From: Laetmonice hystrix
Taxonomy: Eukaryota
DNA: 64,000 nt
Assembly: GCA_965235115.1 (NCBI GenBank)
Contig: OZ249445.1
Span: forward strand, 14,818,001 to 14,882,000
Direction: 5' to 3'
Positions 36,814 through 48,300 of the stretch are shown piece after piece. Made by a program: the position numbers and the translations under genes. Numbering within the stretch: the stretch's first letter is position 1; each line of letters begins with the position of its first letter. The notes under the pieces are model-generated. The model was not told the DNA's origin. It saw only the letters and a program-made list of their open reading frames with translations, and ran no database searches.

Positions 36814-37059
36814 GTGAGCGTCTGTCGAGGTTGATTTTTTTAACCCAATAAATTCCGCTAAACCAAGATCACTTTATTTACCCACATGGTTATATTTTTG
36901 TTGAAGCTAAAAGACCACTACAAAGACTTTTGCTGCAGCAGTTGTTTAGAATACTTGTAATCATCTTGTTTGGTATAGTACCACTACTAGATACTATTAG
37001 ATTGGTGGACTTCAGCTCAATTTGAAATGTTTGACCTTTTCTTTGTTGTCATTCTGAAG

Positions 37060-37163
37060 AGGTGGAAGTTTGGCAAGAGGAATGCTGAAAAGGATGACTA
37101 CAAAGGTGGCAAATTTTTCCTCACCATGCAAACGCCAGCCACGCCCCTTGAACACAAAAATGT
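37060..37163 (+). CDS. SNX9/18/33: Sorting nexin 9/18/33 family, exon
   Basis: ctgaag|RWKFGKRNAEKDDYKGGKFFLTMQTPATPLEHKN(V)|gtaagt. Confidence 0.95.
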
Positions 37164-37312
37164 GTAAGTGGAAGAACGAGTTCTCCATGACGAATGTCGA
37201 CCTTTCATCACCAAAGTGATCATATTGGTGCAGAGCCATGCATAATCTCAAAATCAAAAACTGTTTTAAAGTTTATATGTAGATTATGTTCCTCAGCGAA
37301 GATGTTTTATAT

Positions 37313-37534
37313 TATACTGAACGGCAATGAAAACGCATAGGCTGAAAATATATCTCAAATATGTATTTGAAAGAAAAAGTCACATTTGATATTTGACAAG
37401 AAACCGGACGGACGGGAGAGGTAACTTAACGGAATAGATTACTCAGACAACAACATTCCTGTTCTCAACCAAAACACTTTGCACATCCTACAATATACAT
37501 TTGAACCTATGCGTTTTCATTGCCATTTAGTATA
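37313..37534. mobile_element. MITE, Tc1/mariner-like, in an SNX intron
   Basis: 29-bp inverted repeat TATACTGAACGGCAATGAAAACGCATAGG / CCTATGCGTTTTCATTGCCATTTAGTATA (2 mismatches) with TA at both outer ends. Confidence 0.75.
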
Positions 37535-37672
37535 GATTCGTTGATGGTTATATTATCGATTTTCTGCACTGATCTTCTTAGCATGTTTTTTCCGTACCTC
37601 AAGTGTATTGTTAGATTGAGTTTGTGGATAAGGATTGATGTCATTGATCCGTGGCTGTACATGTTATTACAG

Positions 37673-37776
37673 TGAAGGCCAGATTGACAAGTTCGGCCGG
37701 TTTGTGAAGAGTATGGATGACAGTGTGAAACACCTCTACCAAGTCGGTGAAGTCAACATGAAGAAACACTACGGTC
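37673..37776 (+). CDS. SNX9/18/33: Sorting nexin 9/18/33 family, exon (BAR)
   Basis: ttacag|EGQIDKFGRFVKSMDDSVKHLYQVGEVNMKKHYG(P)|gtgagt. Confidence 0.95.
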
Positions 37777-37889
37777 GTGAGTTTACAGTCTAAGACATGC
37801 ACACACCCTGCACCAATCTTTGCTTTCACTGCTCACAGGGTCAAGGCTTCAACAAGCTGAATGGAAACCGTCTAAAACCTCATATTATA

Positions 37890-38289
37890 CAGGGTTGCCA
37901 ACATGTCCGGTTTGCCCGGAACCTGTACGGTTTCAGGGAGTGGTCTACGGTTTTCCGGCCGGTAACAAAATCTTCCGGAAAAATCCGAAAATAAGTGGTG
38001 ATCTTATTTGCGATAAATGTCTATTGGCTAGGCGAAATTGTGGTCGTAAATAACCGCTATATAAGGTTCTAAGACGGGGGGGGGGGGACAGGGATGACAA
38101 GAATCATAGCTCCAGTGAGTATAATTTGAACTATTTCAGTTGCATTTTGGGAACATGAGCAAAAAAAAAAGCCATTTTGTGAGTAATTTTAATGGTTTTC
38201 TTCAAAAAGAAAGATTGTCTTGGAAATTCCCAAACCTTCTGGTTCTTCATCTGAGATCTTTTTTTCGTGATTCAATATTGGCAACCCTG
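37890..38289. mobile_element. 400-bp non-autonomous DNA transposon in an SNX intron
   Basis: 12-bp TIR CAGGGTTGCCAA / TTGGCAACCCTG flanked on both sides by TATTATA. Confidence 0.75.
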
Positions 38290-38903
38290 TATTATATCTC
38301 ACCCTTTAGGACGTGAAGTTGTGCTGGCCAGAATAGAAAATTGGAAATCTGAGAATATTGACTGTTTATTCAGCTTGATTTGAACCCTTCCCTCGTTGCA
38401 GTATCCAGGTTATGAGTTATTAAGTGACTTGTTTAACTTGTTTAATTTCTATGAGTTGAAGTTCTTACCTGATACATGCATGATATCATCTATACATACC
38501 CCGTTAGTTCATAACAAATGTTGGTACTTGTTGCCCGAACGTTCAAGCTGTAATCATAGGTTATTTGAGGCCTTACTCTGAAATATGACCTGGAGTTTAT
38601 GGTTCGTAGCTGTTTTGTGTTTTGTAAGAGCTATAACAATGTATGATTGACATATTGTATTATGTTAACTCCTTTATGATATATATGACGACCTGTATCA
38701 CTTTTAGTTATAAGTCTACTAAGTGTCTTACCAAAACTTGCTATGATATGTCGCACCAAACCAGTGGTTACTCTCAAAATCTACAATGCTCTAACAAGTA
38801 CTCACATGTAACTCTTAATTATTAATTTATTAGTTTTTAAAATATAATTTCTGTATTTGCGTCACATTATATACTAACATTCTGCCATTCTTTGTTTTTA
38901 CAG

Positions 38904-38981
38904 CTTTCAGGAAAGAGTTCCAAAAACTTGGCAATTCATTCATATCATTGGCGCGGTCATTTGAGTTTGACAGCAGGCCAG
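38904..38981 (+). CDS. SNX9/18/33: Sorting nexin 9/18/33 family, exon (BAR)
   Basis: ttacag|(P)FRKEFQKLGNSFISLARSFEFDSRP|gtaaat. Confidence 0.94.
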
Positions 38982-40333
38982 GTAAATTATCTACACAACT
39001 TACGTTATCATTGTAGATGGTAAATAGGTGGAGTTTAATTTCAGCCTCTTATTCTCAGCAGTTAATTGTGGTAATAATTAGCTTTCGATTTTATTTCTGT
39101 TTTGATTTATTTATTTATTATGATGATGTGTACAGTGTAACCTACGATTAGGTAGCTAAATGGTTACCTATTTTATGTAGTAATAAATAAATTTGGTCCT
39201 GGTTGAGTACCAGAATAAGTGTCACCTAGAGACCCACCCTTGGTAGTAGCATTCGTATGACGTATATATATTATGATATGTATATGACGTCATCCACAGA
39301 ACTACCGGGGGTACCACCCTCTTTGGAGAAAGGTGAGACAGGCCCCCCTCTCACATACAGGCCCCCCAACTAGTGGTGTTGACACAAAACTACACAACTT
39401 GTACGAAGCTTGCTATGCTGGGATCTGTTAGATTAATTCGATATGCTGTGATCGCTGAAAATGCTTTCCTCTATCAGGAGATTTGATAACCTACGGAAAC
39501 CAGAAGTTTGACGCATAACCAATAGGACTTTAAGTTGGCTGTTAACAAACTTTGACCTTCATCGAGTTCATGGGACATGTATTTAAGGACGTGTGGTATG
39601 TTGTGGAAGGAACGAAATCTTTTCAGCGGTTTGAGAGTAGGATACACTCTAATTGTACATAAATTGACTTGTTTAATAGAAAAGACATTAATCCATGAAA
39701 CTTTTTTCTCCAACCATATCATAGTACTACACTCACAGTAGTACCATGTAGTACTCCTACACAGTTTGCACAGAAACTATGACTATGTACATGTGTATAC
39801 AGAGTATTTGGAGGCACTTGTATCTAAGTTATCTATATTTCACTTTTTTTAAGTGAGGAGAGAGTGTATAAAATACCTTTAACCTTTAACACAAATATTT
39901 TTTTGATTTTTGGGAGTTTGAACTTGAGACACACGAGGAATTCCCTGGTACTTTGATACCCCCGTGGTACTTTGAAAGGTAGTTTGAAGCAGCACTACTT
40001 CACAGTAAATTCCTCGCATATAGTGTTTCTTTCATACCTGTTAGATTAGTAAGGAATTCCCTGCAGTCATAAGTTGCTCCTTGTGGACAGTGTTTCAGAA
40101 ATGTTTTGGTGATTGATCAGGTACCTATGCATGTGTCTAGCCGTATTTCCAGAACAGAATACATTTTGTACTTAAACCCAGTAACAGCTTTTTTTTCGCT
40201 GTTACGGTAGTTCTATCAAGACTTTAGTATGTTCACAAGTTATTTTTAATGGTTACCGCTTATAATACATTAAAATAAAAAAATAAAGAACATAATTATT
40301 TACCAGATTATTTAATTACTGTCTTTATTACAG

Positions 40334-40410
40334 TTGCACAGAACTTGACACAAGCCATAAACCATACTGGCCAAACGTATGATGACATTGGCAAGCTGTA
40401 CGAGGAACAG
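40334..40410 (+). CDS. SNX9/18/33: Sorting nexin 9/18/33 family, exon (BAR)
   Basis: ttacag|AQNLTQAINHTGQTYDDIGKLYEEQ|gtcagt. Confidence 0.94.
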
Positions 40411-40567
40411 GTCAGTCACACATGCTCTGCTCTTCAAGTCATTTTAAAATCTTGAAAGAATATTATGCAAGTACATTTGTATTTGTAACAATTATTTAAC
40501 AGATAGGTCCTGCAACCTAGATAAGGTAGACTGTATGTTGATTTTGGCGATGTTGACTCCATGACAG

Positions 40568-40657
40568 CCGCGGTACGACATGCTGCCCATGTTGGAAGGC
40601 CTCCAGGAATACAAGGGCATTCTGTCCACCTTCCCAGATATCCTCAATGTCCACAAG
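40568..40657 (+). CDS. SNX9/18/33: Sorting nexin 9/18/33 family, exon (BAR)
   Basis: tgacag|PRYDMLPMLEGLQEYKGILSTFPDILNVHK|gttagt. Confidence 0.95.
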
Positions 40658-40830
40658 GTTAGTCCTCTGTCTCTTCATCTCTACTGAAACAAATGACAAC
40701 AGGATTGGAGTAAGACTTTCCCCATAAACCAGTGAAATTATCGATGTAGTCAGTTGTAAATTCTCATCAAGCAGTGCACCTGTAAGACTTCCATTATCCA
40801 CCCCCTCATGGTTCCTTGCGCTCCCACCAG

Positions 40831-41022
40831 GCGGCGTCCCAGAAGATGGAGGAGCAGTACGCCAAGCTGACCGAGTCGGAGGCGCAGGCAGTTCAGGGAA
40901 AGGTTGAGGTGATCTCCTATGCAACAATCGCCGAGATGAACCACTTCCAGCAATACCGGGTGGGGGACTTCAAGGTTCTACTGCAGGACTACATCAAGGG
41001 TCAGATCGACTTCTATCAGAAG
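40831..41022 (+). CDS. SNX9/18/33: Sorting nexin 9/18/33 family, exon (BAR)
   Basis: caccag|AASQKMEEQ...VISYATIAEMNHFQQYRVGDFKVLLQDYIKGQIDFYQK|gtgggt. Confidence 0.96.
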
Positions 41023-41341
41023 GTGGGTCTCTATGCTGACGGCTGAACGACTTCTTGTACTTGTAGTACTTGGATACCGATTGGCTTCACTTCAATACAA
41101 CCGATTCCTGGGTTTCTTTGGTCGGTTCTAGCCCGTTTTGTATCATGAAAAACAAAAAATCCACTCGAGAAATGTGTATTTCAGGTGAATGGTGTTATTG
41201 CTCTCTTTAGAAATAAGAGGAAGGGAAAATGTGTAGAAGATGTGTAGAAGATATTGAATATGTTTGAAATACGTGGTGATATGAATGTTGAGTTGTGAAA
41301 ACGGTGATTCATAACAGGTTTTGTTTATGTCTGTTTCCTAG

Positions 41342-41389
41342 GTTACGGAAATGCTGCAGATAACGCTGAAACAGTATGAGAATGCATAA
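41342..41389 (+). CDS. SNX9/18/33: Sorting nexin 9/18/33 family, last coding exon
   Basis: ccctag|VTEMLQITLKQYENA*; the 14 exons total 1620 nt in one frame. Confidence 0.9.
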   Translation, partial: VTEMLQITLKQYENA

Positions 41390-41453
41390 TGTTGTCACCA
41401 TGGTAACTGTCGACCTCTGCAAGGATCACCGGAGCTGGTCATCGGGAATCCTC

Positions 41454-41541
41454 GGCACGGCAGGGGGAGGGATCCCCCCTCACCCGGCACGGCATGGGGG
41501 AGGGATCCCCCCTGGTACGGCAGGGGGAGGGGGATCCCCCG
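41454..41541. repeat. Three imperfect copies of GG(C/T)ACGGCA-GGGGGAGGGATCCCCC just after the SNX stop codon
   Basis: Direct reading; each unit contains a GGGATCCC palindrome. Confidence 0.8.
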
Positions 41542-44500
41542 CCGGGTGCCCTCACTTGTCAGCCTTAAATAGGTACGATGCGTCATACTGACACTGTGTG
41601 TCATCTACATCGTCATTTGCCATTCACTATTACCAATATGTTCTGTCATTTAGACGAAGAGAAGGTTTCATATTGTCAGCTACATCATGAGGTCACACCT
41701 ATTCACTGGTTAAAAAAAGTCATACATTGAGAACCAAATGCTGATGTGATTTTTTGGGGGGTCGAACTTGACGTATCATTAAGTGGTCTTTAATGATTTG
41801 AATTTTTACAAAAAGTAGTTTTGTTGAATCAACTCAGGATCTCTCCCTAATACATGGATCTAATTTGTTAAAAACACAGATAAAGATGGGGAATATGAAG
41901 GTGCATACGTAGAAACAGAAAATACCGGTAATTTATTATCTTTATTCATCCAAAACCAAGCTTTAATTCGGTGTGGCCTTTTCTTTTTTCATTTTCTAAC
42001 AGACAAGTGAATCATTATACCCGTTTTGAGGGTTATTCTGTTCTTGCTGTTTTATTCAGGATACTCGTATATGTCCCTGAACAAACTTTATAGCCTTACA
42101 ACCTTTACAACTAAGTACTTTGCGATGGTGTGTTATCAGCCACAGGTCTCGAGTGGTTCCTGGTAGTGTTGTGATATCTTGTATGACGTGTACTTTCTTC
42201 ATGCTTCTGTCAGTATCGATTTGATTTTCTACCTTTCAGTTTTAATACCGGTTGAGTATTAAAGTTAAAATTGTCATAATTTCTGCCAGACCCTCTACAA
42301 ATACCAACTTTAGCTGATATTGACATAACGTGACCGGTACCCTTCTCTCTCTGTTTTTGAATGAGCACTTGATCAAATGACGTCACTGGTTACGTCAGAA
42401 GTATCATGTTTATAACTGGTGTTTGTTATGAGTCTCTTCTTCTGAAGTAAACGTCCCATAGCCATAGCAACGCAATCGTTTTCATCATGCTCGAACTCGC
42501 TGTACAAAACGTACTCGACCATTAGCCATCCTCATACAGTTCTATTGGAATTCGATGCAGACGTTGATTAGGTAATCTTTAATGATAATTAAAAAAAGAG
42601 TAATCAATCCGTGGGATATTGAGTTTAGTCGTTCAGCGCTTGTAACATTTTAACGTGACTCACAAACGAAGCCCATGGTGGGGTTCTCATACTGGTATGC
42701 ATGTTATGATGTTCTTTACTATGCACTGGACGTAGTCATGTGAGGCCTCGACATGAATAACGTCGGTCATCTACGTCATAACACGTCATAATACGTCATC
42801 CTTCTAAAGGTGTGGTTTGTACGAGGGGAAAGTTCGCTCACCGCCACAAAATCAGTCAAATCTCGCAAAATATCACATGTATCAGCCTCCCATAGTTACC
42901 TGTTGTTGGATATGCAAGAGGCCCCTGAAGAAGGATTAATTCTAGAAATGATCGAGTCATCCACATTGGTACGGTCAGAACAGATGTAGCGATTCAGATC
43001 AGGGCATATGTTCGTGACCTTCAATGACCTTATATAATTGTATTCACGTGTGACTCAGTGATTGTGTGATCACCTGGTGGTGGCGGGAGTGTGGATTGGA
43101 GAAAACCTGTAATGTGTGAGAACTGGTACAGGTGGCGCTGCTGGATTGTATTCAACTTTCTTAGGAGTATACATATTACCCAGGACCATAACCGAGATGC
43201 CTTCACACCAGATCAATAAGATATATAGGATGTCAGCTTACGTTTCTAAGATATTTATAACCCTCACCCACCGACCTTTTTCGTTTCCATCACACGGTCC
43301 TACCCCCCCCCCCCTCCCCCCCAAATCTCAAGGCTGAGAGAAATCACGATGAACTCAATCAATGTCGGTTGGTTGTGACTGTTTTTGTTTTTCTAATTTT
43401 TGTTGCCTCTTCATTTCTTCTTTATAACCTAGAGAGCGTTAAAGGGTAGGAGTGTCGGATGTAAAGATGTGAAGCCTTGGCTAACAGTGTTTCGGCGAAA
43501 TCCTCTGAATAACTTACATGGACGATATGATTGGCCTGAACAGACATAGACATACCTTGCTCATTTACCAGTCACAGGTTAAGGTTTATTCTTAAAAAGG
43601 ACATTAGACTCATCTCTCCCCCCCCCCCCAAAAAAAGGGTAAAGGTTCCAATTTTATGAGGATATTCTGTTACAGATATAACCACGACTAGATGTAGACC
43701 TTTCATGCACTTTGTTTAGTTTATATCTCTCAGGACAGACAGATCCGGGAGATCTTCCCGTATACATCCTGTCTACGCTATTACATACTGGATCAAACAT
43801 TTTATCTGCTGAAGAGCAGTCCGAGTTTCAGTGATGGATACCGGTAAAAAGAGCACTCACTGTCGCTAGGATTTCTTCTCCATCACACGTTGTAGTATTT
43901 ACATGAATATTCCTTCCTTCTATCTCTGTTATTCCCCACATTATGGTAGACACTAAACCTGTTATGGTTACTTCTAGGAGTACACTTCATGTGGCCTGCT
44001 GAATTGTGGCAGGCAAGGCCTTCGTTAAGGGAGTATCCATTCAGCACATGATGTAAATATAAAATATATGCAGAGGATTGAAACTGGTTTAACGGAGCAT
44101 TTCACATTTCACGGGCACAGATGAAATCTATTTAAACCCGAACACTTTGACCCGACAGGGTTCAGGGGGCCATTTCACTGTGAGGGATACGGAGGCTTGC
44201 TCGCCCGTCGCTAATGTGAGCCTCGTTAACCCTCCATGTCGACGGTTCATATCTCGCTATTTTAGCCACTTTTTGTCTGGTGCAACATGTGCATTCTATA
44301 ACGTGATATCTTGAACATGCAGGTTATGGTCGAAGCAAATCCAAATTATACTTGAATTGTTTGCTAAGCATGCGACTAGCGCCGACAGAAATGTCGGTAG
44401 CTCTAGAAGTTGTGCTTCGTCGTTGCTATGGGTTCACAATGAAATGTTATTTTACCCAATATAGCAGATGCAGATATAGGAATTTATACGTTATAGACTA

Positions 44501-45716
44501 GGGTTAAGCCAGTACGAATTTATATAATGCCAGATGGAATGCAAACAAGATGAAGCTATTCACGAAATTGCAATATTGAGTTGAAGTTGAACCAAATTAA
44601 TGTCTAATTACCATTTATAAGAATGCCGACAAATACCAGTAATCGTAGGTGTAAGTTTGTACAGATTTAATGGCCCGTAGTGCTGCACATTATCACCCAT
44701 TGAGCTGCACATTATCACCCATGGAGGTCCCCAGGCACCCAGGGTCTTCAAGAGCGGTTCTAACACAAAAACAGACCCGACCCAGGCCACAACCAGGCAC
44801 CCTGATGTGGTTTTGTATTGAGACATATATTTTATTATATGTAACGAAAAGGGGTTCATTCTGTATGTTATCCTGGGTTTTGTTCTATGTTGATGGGTAA
44901 AGACCTGAGGGAATGGGTGCCAACAGAAATACACATTTTACAAAAGGCAGCAAGTCTTGTAGCATAAACTACTCGTTATTACATGTAGTATTTGACTTCA
45001 AAACATGCAGCCGCAAATTCTTTTTGAGTATGGATATCAAGTTTTACATTGACGTGATATTTTAAAATTCACTTTGAGAAAACACTGAAGACGATGATTG
45101 TATCGGCTACGTACACTTCACCGGATTTATTGTGATCAGGTGGGCTTTGATTCTGTAGCAGACGTTATGTGACTTGTAATGCCCTAAACGCTTGGCAGTA
45201 GAGTGGGGACTCGTCCTCGAACATGTTTCGCTCTCTTTGATAGGGTCTGACACACTGGAGGACTGTGGTCCCCCTCCAGGGTTAATGTTGAAAAAAAGAA
45301 CCAATCTTTTGTCAGACTATTGTATCAATAAAAATTATTTTACTAAATAAAACTTTGCTTTTGTCTTGGTATTTGCTTCAATATAGAGTGTGTCGACTAG
45401 CTTTCCTATTTTTTTCTTATCCCCCTTTTTTTAATATATATTGTATTCTTTTTTTTCTGTACTATACGTCTATGGTCTCATGTAGCCAACACAAACGGGC
45501 CACACGGTCAATATACGGCAGCGCCTGCTGGCGGAAACTTTGAGAAACTTGAGCATCACAACACGTGTTCCTGAGCGCCGTTTGGAGATTCCGTTATCGT
45601 CTGCAAAAATTATTTAATGATCATGTCATCATTTGATGAGATATATCTTTCTCCGTAGATCATTATTCTATGATTATCTGCTCATTTATTTTTACGAATG
45701 TAGCGCCGAAGCATAG

Positions 45717-45803
45717 CCTGGTTCCCCTGCCCGCCGCTACGCTCCTTGGCGCTGATGGTCGCCATCAGCGCCACGGAGCGTAGCGGCAGGCGGCGGAACC
45801 AGG
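45717..45803. repeat. 87-bp near-perfect palindrome (hairpin MITE-like)
   Basis: CCTGGTTCC...GCCGCTACGCTCC.TGGCGCTGATGG-tcg-CCATCAGCGCCA.GGAGCGTAGCGGC...GGAACCAGG. Confidence 0.85.
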
Positions 45804-45812
45804 TAACGAACG

Positions 45813-45907
45813 TAGCGCCTCTGGTGGCGTTTAATGAGTAGTTTCATAAGAAAACGCTAGATGGCAGTCACTTATAGATGTTTAAAGTCGAACCACCAGA
45901 TGGCAGC
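45813..45907. promoter_or_regulatory. Cluster of CTCF-like motifs
   Basis: GCCACCAGAGGCGCTA (minus, 45813-45828), CGCTAGATGGCAG (45855-45867) and CCACCAGATGGCAGC (plus, 45893-45907). Motif resemblance only. Confidence 0.45.
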
Positions 45908-47827
45908 AAAGAAACATCCCGACAACATGAATTGCACATGGAGCTTTCAAATTGATTTGGTAAGGACGTTCAACCACTCCTTGTAGCGTACGGTACTAGT
46001 ACCAGGCACTGTTGCCGTCATCCAGAATTATTGCGGAAACCTCCGCTATTATTACAGGTCACGTGTCGCGAATTCCTGAATTCCACTGACCGAATATAGC
46101 TTCCGCATAGCCATGTTAACAAATTGGGCCCAGACCTACATTAATAGGCTAGGCCTAAGTGATTTGCAAATCCCATCTTGATAAACGCCAAATCGTACAT
46201 TTCTTTGTTGGGCTTCTAGGCCCTGTATCTATGATAACGGAGGGTCCATGGATAGAGCTAGGAGTAGGTTTTATATCGAATGCCAATGCAAGGTCCATCT
46301 TAAAAAGACTTCAGGTGGGTGCGTAGTGAAGAGTGAAGGAATTTGGCATGTTTTCCAGGCTGGCAACACAGTAGACTTAGATCTAAGGTCTGTCATCATC
46401 ACTCATGTTTAGTAATTATGACAGGCCTACACATGATAATTGGCGGCACCAATTTGTGAATGTTTTTTCCCCGTAGAGCCTAGGCCAAAAGGATGTATTT
46501 TCACTACAATAGGGGGCTATAGTTTGAAATGGGCAGAGGAGACGCCCATTAAAAATTGTGATAATTTGAAACACCAAGTGTAACCTTGACAAAGACAGCC
46601 CAAGGCCCCTATTCATTTAAATTATAGGACTAGGCCTACACATTGCTCGGTCGGTTTCTGGTTGACCGTTCCATGCCAAAAGCTGCCACCCACTCCCTCA
46701 GTTAAGAAAATAGGCTTAGGCCTGCTAACATATAGACCCAAAATGAATGCACGTCCATGGCCGGGCGCCCTCGGGGTGACTCCATGGGTGGAGGAGGTCT
46801 GATAACGTCTGGCATCTACCGATAACGTCGTCATGAACGGAAGTCCTCAGGCAGTAGTTGCATCACTGTCATTGAACACCATTTGACACAATCGTAGCTA
46901 ACAACCTTAACGTTTATCTGTGGCATGAACTTTGATCTTGTTAAAGGCTAAATTGGGAGAACAGTGGACCCATGTTTCGATTTATTAGTATATATTATGT
47001 GGGAGGCATAGAGTCTAGATCTCTATATACAGCATTCTTACTTGGCATATCTGTGACATCCAAAAGCGCTTATTGCGGAGGAATATCTAGGATATTGATT
47101 TTGCCTTTTGAAAGAAAAAGTGGGAGAGATGGGGGTTTCCCAGCTGCCTAGTGAAAGGTATAGTGTGGATCCGCCCCCCCCCCCCCCCCCCCAATGTGAA
47201 AAGACAGTCAGCTAAACCCCTAGCTCCCTACACGGCGACACACGCGCTGAACGTTTATCGGCATATCAATGGAGCCATGTAAATCGGTTAACTCCGCATT
47301 GTGATATCAGTTGTTTATAAAGCCTATCAGATGAAGGAAATGAGGAAATGAGGAAATGAAGGATCATGTTGAATATTGGAGACTGTTGTAATCTGTTATT
47401 AACATCGGTGCGATTAGCTGTTGACACGATGAAATAGTTCTGTATACAAACAGAAATGGTGACTGATAGTGATGTCAGCATACCATGTCTGATACCACTG
47501 GTGTGACTGCATGTCAATATTTGCAACGATATAAATGAGATGAGAGGGATGAATATTTTAAAAACTGACAGTAAGCCTATATATGCCCATCAACTTAGAA
47601 AATCATCCGCAATTTTCACTTCAAGTTCCATTATTCACTTGTAATGTAAGAAAACAGACAACGTCTAACAAAATTTTTGTCTGAATTGAAATAGAATGAA
47701 GGTCTAGGCCTACTTCTTGCATTTACTGTTTTTCCGTACCATGCCAGCTAGACACTTGGCCCGAATGATTTGTACGAAGCTTGCGGTGACTTGTCCCCTG
47801 CTCTGTCACACTCAATCCTTTATTGTT

Positions 47828-48136
47828 TTATTCAAATTCCACTGGGTCCGCTTTCCAGTCCGCGAGACCTGACTTCCACAGTCTCAGCTTGATAAAAAAA
47901 GGCACACAGAGAACCAATTTGACCGTCGTGTATCGCCGCGCGGGAACCTTGGAGTGGAATACTGGTGGGATATAGAGAACGTTAGTCCTCGTGACGCTCG
48001 GCTGAAGACGCTGTTTAGCAGACGACATTCTTTCCTCGATTGGAGGCCTCCAGAAGGGAGCTCGCCACTGGGTGTTGTACTCGCTGAGGACGGATCGCCT
48101 GCGTCCGAATAGCATTGTCTTGCACCAGTACAAACT
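47828..48136 (-). CDS. Candidate exon 2 of a small uncharacterised minus-strand gene
   Basis: ctctccctag| acceptor; SLYWCKTMLFGRRRSVLSEYNTQWRAPFWRPPIEERMSSAKQRLQP... open to TAA at 47828 (internal donors at 47948 or 47924 are possible). Confidence 0.45.
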   Translation of the reverse strand, partial: SLYWCKTMLFGRRRSVLSEYNTQWRAPFWRPPIEERMSSAKQRLQPSVTRTNVLYIPPVFHSKVPARRYTTVKLVLCVPFFIKLRLWKSGLADWKADPVEFE

Positions 48137-48258
48137 CTAGGGAGAGCTGACTTGGGGTTACGCTACGACCTTGACCTTGGAAATATGATTCAGCTAAGGG
48201 TTGACACTAGTTAAGAGAAACTATTTAGCAGAATCTGACGAGCTGTCACAACCCTCAC

Positions 48259-48300
48259 GTTGCCGTAGGATCCAAGCCAAGGCAGTAGCCCGGCGCTCAT
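48259..48300 (-). CDS. Candidate exon 1 of a small uncharacterised minus-strand gene
   Basis: ATG 48300, MSAGLLPWLGSYGN|gtgagg; in phase with the 48136 acceptor across a 122-nt intron. Confidence 0.4.
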
